DNA from: Lytechinus pictus
Taxonomy: Eukaryota
Direction of reading: 5' to 3'
NCBI RefSeq assembly: GCF_037042905.1
Contig: NC_087245.1
Coordinates: forward strand, 30,010,001-30,074,000
DNA: 64,000 nucleotides
Made by a program: the position numbers and the translations under genes. Below, in pieces: positions 41,263 through 54,049 of this stretch. How positions within the stretch are numbered: position 1 is the stretch's first letter; the number at the start of each line of letters is the position of its first letter. Below the pieces are notes generated by a model that was not told the origin of the DNA, searched no databases, and saw nothing but the letters and a program-made list of their open reading frames with translations.

Positions 41263-41481
41263 TTAAGCACTGTGTGGAAAGAAGGAAATTTGAAGGAGAG
41301 AAAAAAAGAAGTCAGATATGTAGAATGAAGACGATACTCAGAAGAATGGGAGCAATAGAGGGCGACGATCGGGAGAAATTTGTGAATGCGTGTGGCTCAA
41401 AGTGAGTGTGTTTTGATAGTATAGCCAATACATTAAACATTGACACATGACTTTTTGAGGCACTTTGGTAGGGACAGAGAG

Positions 41482-41795
41482 TTCTCGCAATCACTACGTT
41501 GCCGCGCTCTACACTGCGCACCAATTCATTTGAAAATGCAAGTGAATCATAATGCACAATGGACAGCTGAGAGGATTTTGTCGAAAGTTGGTGGATCCGG
41601 ACAGCAGCGTTGTCCCATGACTCTGGACAACGCCACATTGTAATTGTTCGTTCAGTCCAAATCTTAAGATGATCTGCTGTCCCGGTCCACCAACTTCCGA
41701 CAAAAGCCTCTCAGCGCTCTCCATTGTGATTCGACTTGCATTTTCAAAAGAATTGGTGCGCAGTGTAGAGAGCGGCCGCATCGTGATTGCGAAAA
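41482..41795. repeat. Foldback hairpin (~125-bp arms), probable MITE
   Basis: CTCTACACTGCGCACCAATT...GGACAGCAG mirrored by CTGCTGTCC...AATTGGTGCGCAGTGTAGAG. Confidence 0.8.
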
Positions 41796-41822
41796 GTATG
41801 TATCGAATACCATTCTACTTAC

Positions 41823-41996
41823 CATTCACACATGACTCGTATACCTTTATAACAACCGATTCCATGTCTCTTTTGATATCCGATTGCAGCCACAGTGATG
41901 ATTTTGGAAAATGGATATACTGGCCTATAATTGCTCTCACGAGTTGCTCCGATTCAGCTATGTATGATCGATAAATCATTGGAGCTTCCAGGTTGT
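41823..41996 (-). CDS. 7TM receptor exon: second half of N-terminal module copy
   Basis: Long pyrimidine tract + CCAG|, donor ATG|GTAAGT; DNLEAPMIY...HFPKSSLWLQ...ESCVN; 174 bp, phase 1-1. Confidence 0.8.
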
Positions 41997-42297
41997 CTGG
42001 AGCGGAAGGAGGTGAGACGAAAGAGAAGTAAATACGAAGTATGCCTCTGTAGCTGAGTATGTAGATAAAAGGGGGAAGAATAACCCTTGCACATAAAAAA
42101 TGAAAAAAAATACTCTCCATGGAAAAACTATTTAAAAAAACTATTAAATATTTAAAGAGTAGGCTACCTTCTGCCGCATAATCTTTCTATTTGCACGTAA
42201 TTGTGAAATAACGCTTGGATAATCAAAAGGTATTTTGCGGAGATATGAACTCTGATTATTGCCAAAGTATAGGTATGATTGCAATAATTCAATCCTG

Positions 42298-42570
42298 GGC
42301 CCCGTCTTACAAATAGTTGCGATTGATCTGATCGACCTCAACTATGGAAAGCCAGCAACGCCCACGTCTAAAATGTATGTTTGCTCAAAACGTTTACTAG
42401 ATATGATTGATGTGTGTTCATACATTCATCGTTCTCTTGAACATTTGGTGCCTTTGCATTTGTTTACAAAAGACATTTTGCAAATTTCCTGTAGAAAAAA
42501 TTATGACAGTGGTGATTCCCATAGAATAACGAATGATTGGTTCAATCATAACTCTTTGTAAGACGGGGCC
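42298..42570. mobile_element. MITE (Harbinger-like), 3-bp TSD
   Basis: CTG|GGCCCCGTCTTACAAA ... TTTGTAAGACGGGGCC|CTG. Confidence 0.78.
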
Positions 42571-45527
42571 CTGAAATCCACGAGGTTATTTTGCCTGCAG
42601 GAATTGCAGTAAAATTAACTGCAAAAATGCCTTAGAAATTAAAACAAAAAATTCATTTCAACTGAAAAAGTTTTACGATAAATCATGTATAATTATGATG
42701 TCATGGGATCACGTAGTGCTTCACCAAGGTTCATCGTCTGACGAGTATTCACATCTGACAGTTTCTCTTGGTTGTGATTGGCAAAGAAGCACACGTAATC
42801 GACTGTTTTCATGTTTCGTATCGGATAATGACAAATTTCATGTATTGGTTCCTAGAATTCATTCATTGTATCTAAACCTAAAGGGGGTTTCACACTAGGA
42901 TACGTAGAGACTACGCAACACTACATCATGCACCATTCGTTTTGCCTACGCAAGTCTACGCAAAATGGGTGCGCGGGAGGAACGCCAAAAAATAAAGATG
43001 TTTAATTTTTTGCACACTGTTGGCGTAGAGCCAGGTCAACGTAAGCCTACGCACCACTAATAGTCCAGTCAATATAGGGTTTGACCCACCACTAATTGCA
43101 ACACTGGATATTCCACTGCAAAGGAAGGTCTCCTAAACAACATACTAACAGTCCCCAAAAATCCAAGCAGTGAAAATTCATGAAATTTGCATATTATGCA
43201 AATTAGCCATAAAAAGTTAGAAAAATATGGAAAATAGTCCAAAGATTAGAAATTAAGAGTCCAAAAAGATTTAATTTGAGCGAAAATTCATGATAAATAT
43301 CTGTATTCAATGCTTTTAATCAAAAGTGCCAATAAATCTACTTCATTTACATAATGTGCAAATAAGCATCCTTGTATGGAAAAATGTCAAGATTTTGTGA
43401 TTTTCTCACATTGACTGCTTGAAAACATTTAATTAATTTTGAAATTTACATGCTGCTATCACTAAGGACGTTGAAAACATTTATATTCAGCTTAGTGTCT
43501 AGTGTAATTTGCATATTATGCAAATAAGTATCTGGTATGTTATAAATATTCAAGAAAATACACTGGTGATACATCCGTCAAAAGTTGCAAGTAGATTATC
43601 TATTGAAATTGGAACATGGCAATGCCTACAACAGGAAGGTTTCCTAAACACCATATTAAAAGTCCTAAAATATACAACCATAGGACAATCACAAAATTTG
43701 CATTTTATGCAAATTAGCCATGATAAGTTGCAAATAAGGAAAATAATCCAAATGTTGGAAATCAAGTGCAGAAAACAATATAAATGGAACGGAAGCTAAT
43801 GATAAGTTTTACAAATTCATTTATTTTTTTGATTAAAAAAAAAATCATAATTAAATCTACCTCATTTACATATATAAGCATCCTTATATGGGGTAAAAAC
43901 CCAGAAAATTTGATTTTTCTCACACTAACAGTTATGAAAACATTTCAGTCTAGATCAATATGATGTGATCACTAAGAATGCCTAATACATTAATAATCAG
44001 CTTAATATTTTAAGTGTAATTTACATATTATGCAAATAAGCATCCGACATATTATAGATATTCAAGGAAACACATACGTGATACATTACTCTAAAATTCC
44101 GTGTAGATTACGTGTAACCATGATGACCTTCCGTACACTTCTTGCTTGGTTGATATTGACTTTTTAATGAGCAGTAACCCCACTCATAATGTGCAATGAT
44201 GAGTCAGTTCTACATGAATCCCACTGCTTGAATGCTTCATTATTTCGATCAAGGCCTTGCTCTCTTCTTGACTTTGTAGAGCTTTTTGCGTTTCTTGCTA
44301 GGGGCTAGTATAGTCCATGCTACTTGCTAGCAAGCTTCTGGATTGTCTAGTGATCAGAACAAGATGTCACACCCAGTGCAAATAACAGCCCGTTAGCTTC
44401 GAATATTTGATTCTTGTAGCATACCACTTGTCTTGGTGGTGAATATGAGTCGGTCTACTTGCTTGGACTTGGATCACGAGATCTCTGGGCATGATTAATG
44501 AGAGAACCAATGAGCATTTGCCCATACGAGCGACATGAAGTCATGATAAAGGCTTAAAGTCTATAAGACATCTTTCTCAAATACAGCAATCGTGATTAGA
44601 CGTTCTTGCTGAATCCAGCTTCTGCTTCAGGATGAAGCATCCATTTTCTGTTCTTTCCTCTTTGATAAATCTTCTAAGGTTGGCAACCATCTCCAAATGT
44701 TGTAGCTATAGTTTCTAAGCAAATCGTATGCAAATAATAATATCAATTTCCTGATATTTCTGGTAAACAGAAATTCCTCAGTGACACAATGAACAAACAA
44801 GTAAACTTTAATAGATGGCGGACTAAGCCATATTTTAGCCATTCAACAAGAGTACACAAGATAATGGAATACCCTTAACATTACCATCAAATACCATTCA
44901 ACATTGATCAGACAGTGTGTACCCATTCCAGGATTTATTTGCCACAATGTGTTACTCATGGGTATACTGTGAGTGTATACAGAGGAATAAAACTTTCACT
45001 AATTATGGTATATCATATCATACAACTCTCCGTACTGAAATCCGACAAGTCGAGCAGAGGAGATTGAATGCCAATTAAGAGGACTTTGACCAGAAACAAA
45101 CCGTTACCCATGTCTTCTTTCGACACATGTTGCCTCAATGAGACAATGGACATTTAAGTTGTATCGGAAGGAGAACAAAGTTTTATAGGATGGCTAGGAA
45201 GGTTTGCGCATGTTGGAGCTCCAAAAACATAAGTATAAGGTAAAGCTCAGAATATTGCTACAATGCATTAAAGAGGATCATAAGATGGGTTTGTAGACAA
45301 GCCTATAATACACAATTTGTTGACCAGATTGGTAATGACCCAGGCTGTAGCAATTAGCATGTTGGGAGCCCTTAATATCAGGCGCTATGACTACATTGGA
45401 ATAGTGGAAAGGGAAGACAAAATATTTTTAGTCTTAGTATTCACCACTGATCATGATGATGATGACGCTCTTCAAGTCCTGGAACCCTGTCCTGACCCAG
45501 ACATGGCCAGATAACATGGCCAGATAA

Positions 45528-46597
45528 GTGGTGAAGCTTAACAACCAAATAATTCCCAGAGTTGAAAATACTAGGTTTCTTGGCGTTATCATTGATAGTA
45601 ATTTAACATGGATACATCACATAAATGAAATTGAGAACAAAGTTGCAAAAAATATTGGAATAATATATCGCCTAAGTTTTTACTTGCCTAAAACTGTATT
45701 ACGTACATTGTATTGCTCTTTAATCCTGCCATATTTTTATTACTGTAATTTAGTCTGGGCTAACACATATCAAACCCATCTTAAAAAATTATGTTCCCTT
45801 CAAAATAAAATTGTACGTATTTTTTCTCCAGACGTCAATATACCACCAGCAAATACCACAAATTTGTTTCATTCCCTAAAATTGTTGAAATTAAAAGACA
45901 TCAACAAACTTCAACAATGTCATTTTCTCTACAGATGTTTAAATTCTCAAATTCCACAAAAATTTCGTGATTCATTTACACATGTTTCCAACATACATCA
46001 TTTTGATACCCGCTCAAATAATCAAATATTCATTCCCAAACATAGAAAAATAATCTTCCAACACAACATTCGTTATACTGGCCCCAAAATATGGAACGAA
46101 ATTCCGGATTACATAAAAAAATATTTGTCGACAACCAGCTTTAAGTATAAAATGGAAAAAATTGCTTCTGTCGTTTATATATAAATATTTCCCATCTTAC
46201 GTCTCCTTTTGACTTCAAACATGATAACATGAACCATGGACAAATTGTTGTTGCGGCATTTATACTTTGCCCCCACTGATATTTTGTTGAGCATTCTATT
46301 TTATTTAGTAATTCATGCCCGCCTCCCCGCTCACGTCTCCCTCTCTTGTTCCCTTTCCTTTTCTTTTCTCTGTCCTTTCCTTTGTATTGTTTATTGTATT
46401 GTATTTTTGTCTACAGGCGTATCCCGCCACAAGCCTAAGCTTTTAGGGTATACGCCTTCTTCCTTAAACACAATATGTACATATTTATATATATATATAT
46501 TTTCTTTTTATAAAAAATTGATTTATGTATGAATTTATGTTTGTGAAAAATGTAACGAAATGGAAGAAAATAAATGTTTTATTTGAATTGAATTGAA
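45528..46597 (+). mobile_element. 5'-truncated CR1/L2-group LINE
   Basis: ORF 45528-46184 (FLGVIIDSNLTW, LYCSLILPYFYYCNLVWA, WNEIP); (TTGAA)n tail at 46583-46597. Confidence 0.88.
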
Positions 46598-46599
46598 CA

Positions 46600-46920
46600 T
46601 ATTTTTTAGTCAAGTGGGTGTAACCAAACTACTGAAGAAATTGTTAAAGAAAACAACCTGCATGAAGCTACTAGGCCAGATGGAATCTCTGCTACACTTC
46701 TTAATGAGACTACTCATCAGATCTCACCTGCCATAAGTTTGCTTTTCTTGGCCTCCCTTTTTTACAGTGAAATTTCAAGAAAGTCTGTCATTCCCATTTA
46801 TATAAGAAAGGGTTTTCAGCTCTAACAAACTACTCGCAAATTTCAAATACTGTGCTTTGTTCTTGCCAATCCCATCAACTTGTCAGACTAACAACATGGC
46901 TTTAGGACGCGAAGAACACA
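46600..46920 (+). mobile_element. Older degenerate LINE RT N-terminal fragment
   Basis: GVTKLLK, EATRPDGISATLLNETTHQISPAISLLFLASL, QHGFR. Confidence 0.65.
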
Positions 46921-47998
46921 TTTCCAGTATTTTCCATTAAATACAAATTATATTAGGATAAATATGCATGCTAAGTGATAGCAGCATGTTGATTTGAAAA
47001 TTTCTTGACATTTTCCATATATTTATACTAATTTGCATAATATGCAAATGAGGCAGATTTGCTAGCTTAAAAAAAAAACAGTGTACTTATTTATTCATCA
47101 TGAAATTTTATTCAAATTACTTGCTTTTGACATTTAGTTTATAATCTTTTGATCATTTTCCTTATTTTCTATTTTTTAATGGCTAATTTGCATAATATGC
47201 AAATTAATTTTCAGGCATTGGGATGAATTCTCATGCTTAGTGATAGTAGCGTACAAATGTCAACATAAATAAAGTGTTTTTAAGCAGTCTACATGAGAAC
47301 AATCACAATATCTTTAGATTTTTTTCCATATAAGGATGCTTATTTGCATAATATGCAAATGAGGTAGATTTGTTGGTGCTTTGAATAAAAATACTGAATA
47401 AAGTTATTTATCATTAATTTTCGCTCAAATTAAATGTTTTTTTTACACTTAATTTGTACGCTTTGGGCTATTTTACCTTGTTTTCTAACTTTTTATGGCT
47501 AATTTGCATAATATGCAAATTTCATAAATTTCCACTGCTTGGATTTTTTGGGACTTTTAGTATGTTATTAAGGGGACCTTCCTGGAAAGCATTGCAGTGG
47601 AATATCAAGTGCTGCAATTAGTGGTGTTTTACCCCCTATTCTGGCTAGATTGACTGGAGTATTTACGTTTACGATACGAATACGAGGCTTAATCTCAAAA
47701 CATCTATTGGGGGCGTAGCTTACGTGACCTTTCAATCGCTTCCGTAGATAATACAATTGTCATGCACTCATCGCATAGTCTGTATTTGCGATGAAGTGCT
47801 TTGATTGTCAAGTCACCAAGGACACATACTGCCTTCGCTCAGGAATTTGAATTCAAATCATAGTTTTCGAGCGAGCGTGAAAGGTCCGATAATTTTAAAG
47901 ACGAATTGCAATCATCACTACAATGATGATATAAGATTCACGTGTGAAAAGGCCTTTACAGAGACAAGCAAAGACATCTCGAATGACAATATCATCAC

Positions 47999-48172
47999 CT
48001 TTAATGGTTAACCTGGCTAAATATGGGTAACTTCGGAACTCAATTCCGATACCGCATCCAGAAGTGACCTCGACTCGGTACGCTCGAAGAGAAGATTGGG
48101 TAAGATCAACAGTGTTGCCCGGAATGCTTGCAGGGAAGGACGCATTTACCTCTATATGTCGTACAAAATGTT
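47999..48172 (-). CDS. 7TM receptor exon: first half of N-terminal module copy
   Basis: TTTTATTTTCTTCCTAG| ... AAAG|GTGATG; HFVRHIEVNASF...VEVTSGCGIGIEFRSY...LTIK; 174 bp, phase 1-1. Confidence 0.75.
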
Positions 48173-48559
48173 CTAGGAAGAAAATAAAATGAAAATCGGC
48201 AAATTAAAGTTCTACTTCCGGTAAAAATTAGAGCGCGGCGATAAAACGTTAGCTAGGATACGCGCATTCCAAAATGGTTGCAAACACCCTAAAATTGATG
48301 TTAATGACACATACATGCTTTTCAACACTTTTCAAATTGTGATAACTTAAAGATGAAGAGCCAAAAGACATTGATATCTTCTGTGATGATAGTCTGTAAT
48401 TAGTATTAAAAGGATATATCTTCAGAAATATTTTCTATTGTTGGTAATGACCTTGAAAACACACCTAAAATTCAATAAAAACAGTAAATTGGCTAATTTT
48501 CCAGAATCATGGCATTCAAATGGTGTTTACATTTACTTTCAAATGGGTGTCATTTCAAT

Positions 48560-49900
48560 ACAAAGGGTGAGCTTAAGCTAAAACTTGAAAGACATGTTCA
48601 ACTTTTGTTCTACTTTAAGCAACATAAAATATTTGAACTCCTAACCATATCATTTGACCTTGAAATTATTCCAAATATAGCTATTTGTTGCTTCATAAGT
48701 AGCATATTCGAATCGCGCGTGTACATTGTACTTTGCAACACATTTCAAAATTGATTTTCTCATAGAGAGAATACCTGATCAGGCTGATATTTGCAGTATT
48801 AGTAGCCTGTAATGAGTTCTTGGAGGATCTAAAGATTAAGTACCTAGCTAATCTCTCATGACAATGACCTTGAAAATACAGCTGAAAATCATGAAAATCA
48901 ATAAATCATACAGTTTTCATTAGTAATCAAGTGTTTTTATCCACTTTTAATTGTGTGTTATTCCATCTTAGATAGTGAGTTCATGCTGATAATTGCATAT
49001 CATGTTCCACTTTTGGTCTACTTTAAAGGACAAGTCCACCCCACCAAAAAGTTAATTTGAATAAAAGGAGAAAAATTCAACAAGCAAAACACTGAAAATT
49101 TCATTAAAATCGGATGTAAAATAAGAAAGTTATGACATTTTAAACTTTTGCTTAATTTCACAAAAACAGTTATATACACATCCTGGACGGTATGCAAATT
49201 GGCAGACTGATGACGTCATCCACTCACTATTTCTTTTGTATTTTATTATATGAAATATGAAAAATTCTAATTTTCTCCCCATTGTCATGTGAAACAAAAT
49301 TTTATTACATCCTGAACATGTGGAATTACCATTATTTAAAAGTTTATGGTTAAGTCAAGTTGGTCCTTATTGTCAAATCTGTAAAAATTGAAATATTGTA
49401 TAATTCAAACAATAAAAAACAAAAGAAATAGTGAGTGATGGACATCATCGACTCTCTCATTTGCATATCACTGAGTTGTGCGTTTAACTGTTTTGTGAAA
49501 AATAAGCGAAACTTAAAAACGTCATAACTTTCTTATTTTACATCCGATTTTTATGAAATTTGCAGCGTTATGTTTGTTTTATTTTTCTCTATCGATTCAA
49601 ATCAACAATTTTCTGGGGTGGACTTGGCCTTTAAGCTACATAAAATATTTGAACTCCTAACCATATCATTTGACCTTGAAATTATTCCAAATATAGCTAT
49701 TTGTTGCTTTATAAGTAGCATATTCAAATCGTGCGTATACATTGTATTTTGCAACACAATTCAAAATAGATTTTCTCATAGAGAGAATACATGGTCAGGC
49801 TGATATTTGCAGTATTAGTAGTCTGTAATGAGTACTTGGAAAATCTACAGTTTTAGGTAACTGTTCTATTATGACAATGACCTTGATAACACAGCTGATG
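48560..49900. repeat. Tandem duplication (~420-bp unit)
   Basis: 48610-48880 repeated at 49631-49890 (near-identical ORF-track peptides HKIFELLTISFDLEIIPNIAICC). Confidence 0.8.
49027..49630. mobile_element. TTAA-flanked Kolobok-like MITE
   Basis: TTAA|AGGACAAGTCCACCCCA ... TGGGGTGGACTTGGCCT|TTAA; long internal inverted arms. Confidence 0.88.
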
Positions 49901-50362
49901 ATTAATGAAAATTGTATGATTTATTGATGTGGAATATGAGGAATGATACAACAAGCATACCCTGAAAATATGAGACGGAAATGAATAAAAACAAGGAAGT
50001 TATGGCTATTTTCCGATTTTCCTACTTTGCATTGAATTTAGGGCAAGAAGACGGATTTTGAAGGGAAAGTCGTAGTTTTTGTATGAAAGAGCAACTCTTT
50101 AACAATCTACTGCAATTTGTTAGAAGTCTTATAGCATGCAGGATACGGGAGTTAGGACGGGATTTGGAATGGTATGCAAATGGACTTGAAATTTACAAAA
50201 TGGCGCCTGGATGGTCATGTATGAGTGATTTTGGAAAATGGAAGACGAGGTGCACAACTAGGGTGTGGAAGAAGCAGACAGAAGACAGAAGAAGAAGAAG
50301 ACGATGGAATAGGAATATGCAACAACAGAGCATTGTCGCCTATAGGTGTCAATGCAAATATA

Positions 50363-53300
50363 CACAACAAAAAAAGTAAGTCCCCCTTGAACAAACATCA
50401 ATAATTTCCGAACCAATGCGAGTTTTTGATATATTTTTACATGAGCGTGTAGGTAATTTTATAAGCTACCATCTGAGCAAATGTTATGGACGTATTTTAC
50501 ATCATGCTTCAGTGAGCACCGTCAGAAGGCAAAAATGTCACTTTTTAAAAGTCACGAGCCAAATGTCATGACTTTGATTCCATTTTATTGAAACTGATTC
50601 CACATTCTCATCATGAAAAATAGTCAGAGGGCTTGGAATAGGTACTTTCTAAAAGACGATACAACTTTTGGCTAAATTTCACGGTTGAATAAACACAAGT
50701 CCAAATTTGCTATAACTGGATTTTTTACACATTTTTATCAATAAAAATGATAAATAAAAATGAATATTTTTGGGAAGAGTATCTTCAACAATATTCATCG
50801 TTTTATGGTTCAATGAACTTTTATTGAAAACAAAAAATACGATTTTCAAATATCATAGGAAAGTATTGTTTCATGTTGGTAACTGAAACTGATCTTTTAT
50901 CAACTTTTTCGTTATGTTCATGACCAGTTAACATGCTTCAATGATTCAAAGGCATTTAATTAAACATTCACGCTTGAATGAACATGTGGAATGTGATTAG
51001 CTCTTTTTTACGTTATTGGAAAAAGTGCAGTTTGTAACTATGGATATCTGTCACAAACATCCTTGCATGGTTCATTTGATTTGTTTTTTATGAAAATCCC
51101 GATGTTTAATGCATCAGTGAGCACACAATATTAAAAAAGTATGCAAATGGGAAGAAAGTTCAAGGCCTTGGCCCCACTCTGTGCCGTATCGTTACCCCTT
51201 ATTCAATATGGTGGAACTTTTTTTCAAGGCTGTCTTTAGCGATGTCATTTGGCAGTAATGTTTATCAACCTATGGGGAAAATTGGTATTTTCAATGTCAC
51301 AGACTCATTTTAAAGGGTAATAAGGTGAATATTGGGGGCAAATTCGGTTTCAAACAAAAAAAGTAAGTCACCCTTAAATCAAATTGCTGTAACTTTTGAA
51401 CGGAGTAATTTTGAGATATCATATTTCCTAGGTGTTTTTTACGCTCATTAAGCAACTCCTGGAGGAAAATGAGATCGATCGGTTGAGTCATGCATGAGTA
51501 ATTAAAGATTGAATTAAAAATGACCATTTTTGAAAGTCACAAGAGTCGTTTTTCAGATTGTTCAAATACAAAGTTGGGCAAAAGTTGTTTTTTGGTGAAG
51601 TTTATAGTGTTATGCTGTTTTACTATCCATCATTTAGCCACTCCATACACAATTTTGATATTGTATGTTCATGGTTGAGTGAGCACAATATCGCAGGGGC
51701 CGTGGAAGCGGGATGGGGTCCACTTTTTTCCAAAAGCATGTACAAAAATTTAAAAATGACCATACGATTGTGATTTTTTGCATGGTCAGCCCCCCCCCAC
51801 TGTTGGCTCAGCCCCTCCCCCATACTTTGAAAACCGTTCCGCGGCCCCTGTATTGTGACGTGTCATCATAGGGCTTTTGGTAGTATCCTCTACAACTTGT
51901 TAGGTCATGTTAAAATTTGAAAATGTTGGTGCCCCCCCCCCCGATTATAGGCCACTCTCCCAACTTTAAATTCTGGATCCACCACTGATTTGTCCATGAA
52001 TTAAACTGATCATGAGAAATTGTTAGGAAAAGAATACATGTGAAAGTAGGTATAAAGAGTATATTCCTAAGTTTTCGAATGTGCTCACTCAACCATGAAA
52101 ATGTTAAAAGTTCGGAAAGTGTGTAATGATAGAAATGATGGATGATAAAAACAACAGCAATCAAAGTCACATTTGAAACCGAATTTGCCCCCAATATTCA
52201 CCTTATTACCCTTGAAAATGAGTCTGTGACATTGAAAATACCAATTGTCCCACTTTGATGCGTGCTCACTCATCCGTAAATAAACAAATCGATTTCATTT
52301 TTGCACAGAACTCTGCCCATAGGTTGATAAAAATTACTGCCAAATGACATGGCTAAAGACAGTCTTGAAATTTTTTTCCACCATATTGAATAAGGGGTTA
52401 CTTATTCTTAAACATGTGCACACATAATGTACACAAGTCTATGAGACAGGAACTCAAAATTTTAACAAATATGAAATAAGGGGTTTGTTTCATGGACGGA
52501 TTTGGTTACTTCTGCCAACAATTATTTCATGAAACTTCGCACATGGCTTCAGAGTAACACTATCCAAAAGGCGCGCACATCAAAATAACAATTCGATACG
52601 GCACAGAGTAGGGCCAAGGCCTTGAACTTTCTTCTCATTTGCATAATTTTCGATTATTGTGTGCTCACTGATGCATTAAACATCGGGATTTTCATAAAAA
52701 TCAAATCAAATGAACCATGCAAGGAGGTTTGTGACAGATATCCCTAGTTACAAATTGCATTTTTTCCAATAACGTACAAAAGAGCTAATCACATTCCACA
52801 TGTTCATTCAAGCGTACATGTTCAGTTAAACGCATTTGAATCATTGAAGCATGTTAATTGATCATGAACATAACAAAAAAGTTGATCAAACATCAGTTTC
52901 AGTTACCAAAATAAAACAATACTTGCCTATGATATTTGAAAATCTTATTTTTTTTTCAATGAATGTTCATTGAACCGTGAAATGATGAATATTGTTGAAG
53001 ATACTCTTCCCCAAAATAACTGTCATCATATTCTATCATTTTTATTGATGGAAATGTGTAAAAAATCCAATTACAGCAAATTTGGACTTGTGTTTATTCA
53101 ACCGTGAAATTTAGCCCAAAAATTGTATCGTCTTTTAGAAAGTATCTTTTACAAGGTTTCTGACTATTTTTCATGATGAGAATGTGGAATCAGTTCCAAT
53201 AAAATGGAATCAAATTCATGATTTTTGGCTTGTGACTTTTGAAAAGTGACATTTTTGCCTTCTGACGGTGCTCACTGAAGCATTAAGTAAAATACGTCCA

Positions 53301-53425
53301 TAACATTTACTCAGAGGGTAGCTTATAACATTACCTACACGCTCATGTAAAAATATATCAAAAACTCGCATTGGTTCGGAAATTATTGATGTTTGTTCAA
53401 GGGGGGACTTACTTTTTTTGTTGTG
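50363..53425. mobile_element. 3-kb non-autonomous Tc1/mariner-like foldback element
   Basis: TA|CACAACAAAAAAAGTAAGTCCCCC ... GGGGGACTTACTTTTTTTGTTGTG|TA; ~830-bp TIRs plus further internal inverted segments. Confidence 0.88.
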
Positions 53426-54049
53426 TATATATATATATCATACAGTACATATACAGTGCTCCCCCCCCCCACAAAACTGTAAACTTTTGGAATGGCTGCA
53501 AAATAAAAAATACATCACTTTGGGTAGACTTATAGATATGGAAAGCCGATAAAGTCAACTTTTCGACTAAATACCACTTAAATTAGGGGTATGAAAATGA
53601 GGCTGGGCAGGTATTAGCCTTCCTATTTCTCTTTTTTTTTTTTTGGGGGGGGGGGAACGTGCAAAGTTAAGGGTTATGTGATGAATTGTTGATCAATTAT
53701 GATCAGTTTGTTGTTTGAGAAAATTTCATGAGTTATTAAATTGAAATGTAATGCATGAGTGATCATGAATTGCAATTTTTAGTGCAGCATTTTGACTTTA
53801 TCATGTGGATCTCAGCAATGTGTTCATGAGAGTCTGGAGAATAGGGGGTAAGATAGGACTTAAGTAGGTGAAGTACGTTGATACGATAAAGGTCAACAGA
53901 ACATTTAGCCACCCTTCCCCCATCTCTACCCTTCCTCCACTTCCCTCCCCCTGAGGCTAGGCTGGGCAGGAATTGGCCTTCCAGTTTATTGAGAGGTTAA
54001 TCCTTTCTTCTACTTGATCCACATTTTATAAACTATGTAAAGCTTTGAA

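Larger units (their letters stand above)
43061..47661. mobile_element. 4.6-kb long-TIR element (Academ-like, older) containing LINE relics
   Basis: TAGTCCAGTCAAT ... ATTGACTGGAGTA; ~0.7-kb inverted arms rich in TTTGCATATTATGCAAAT; TSD not evident. Confidence 0.72.
42882..47957. mobile_element. Harbinger-like MITE split by a larger insertion
   Basis: GGGGTTTCACAC ... GTGTGAAAAGGCC ends; CTACG/CGTAG motifs on both sides of the insert. Confidence 0.5.

Noticed and set aside
47724..47835. Candidate minus-strand exon ending at a GTAAGC donor
   Set aside because: Lies inside a MITE, has a weak acceptor, and 47999-48172 fits better and matches the module motif
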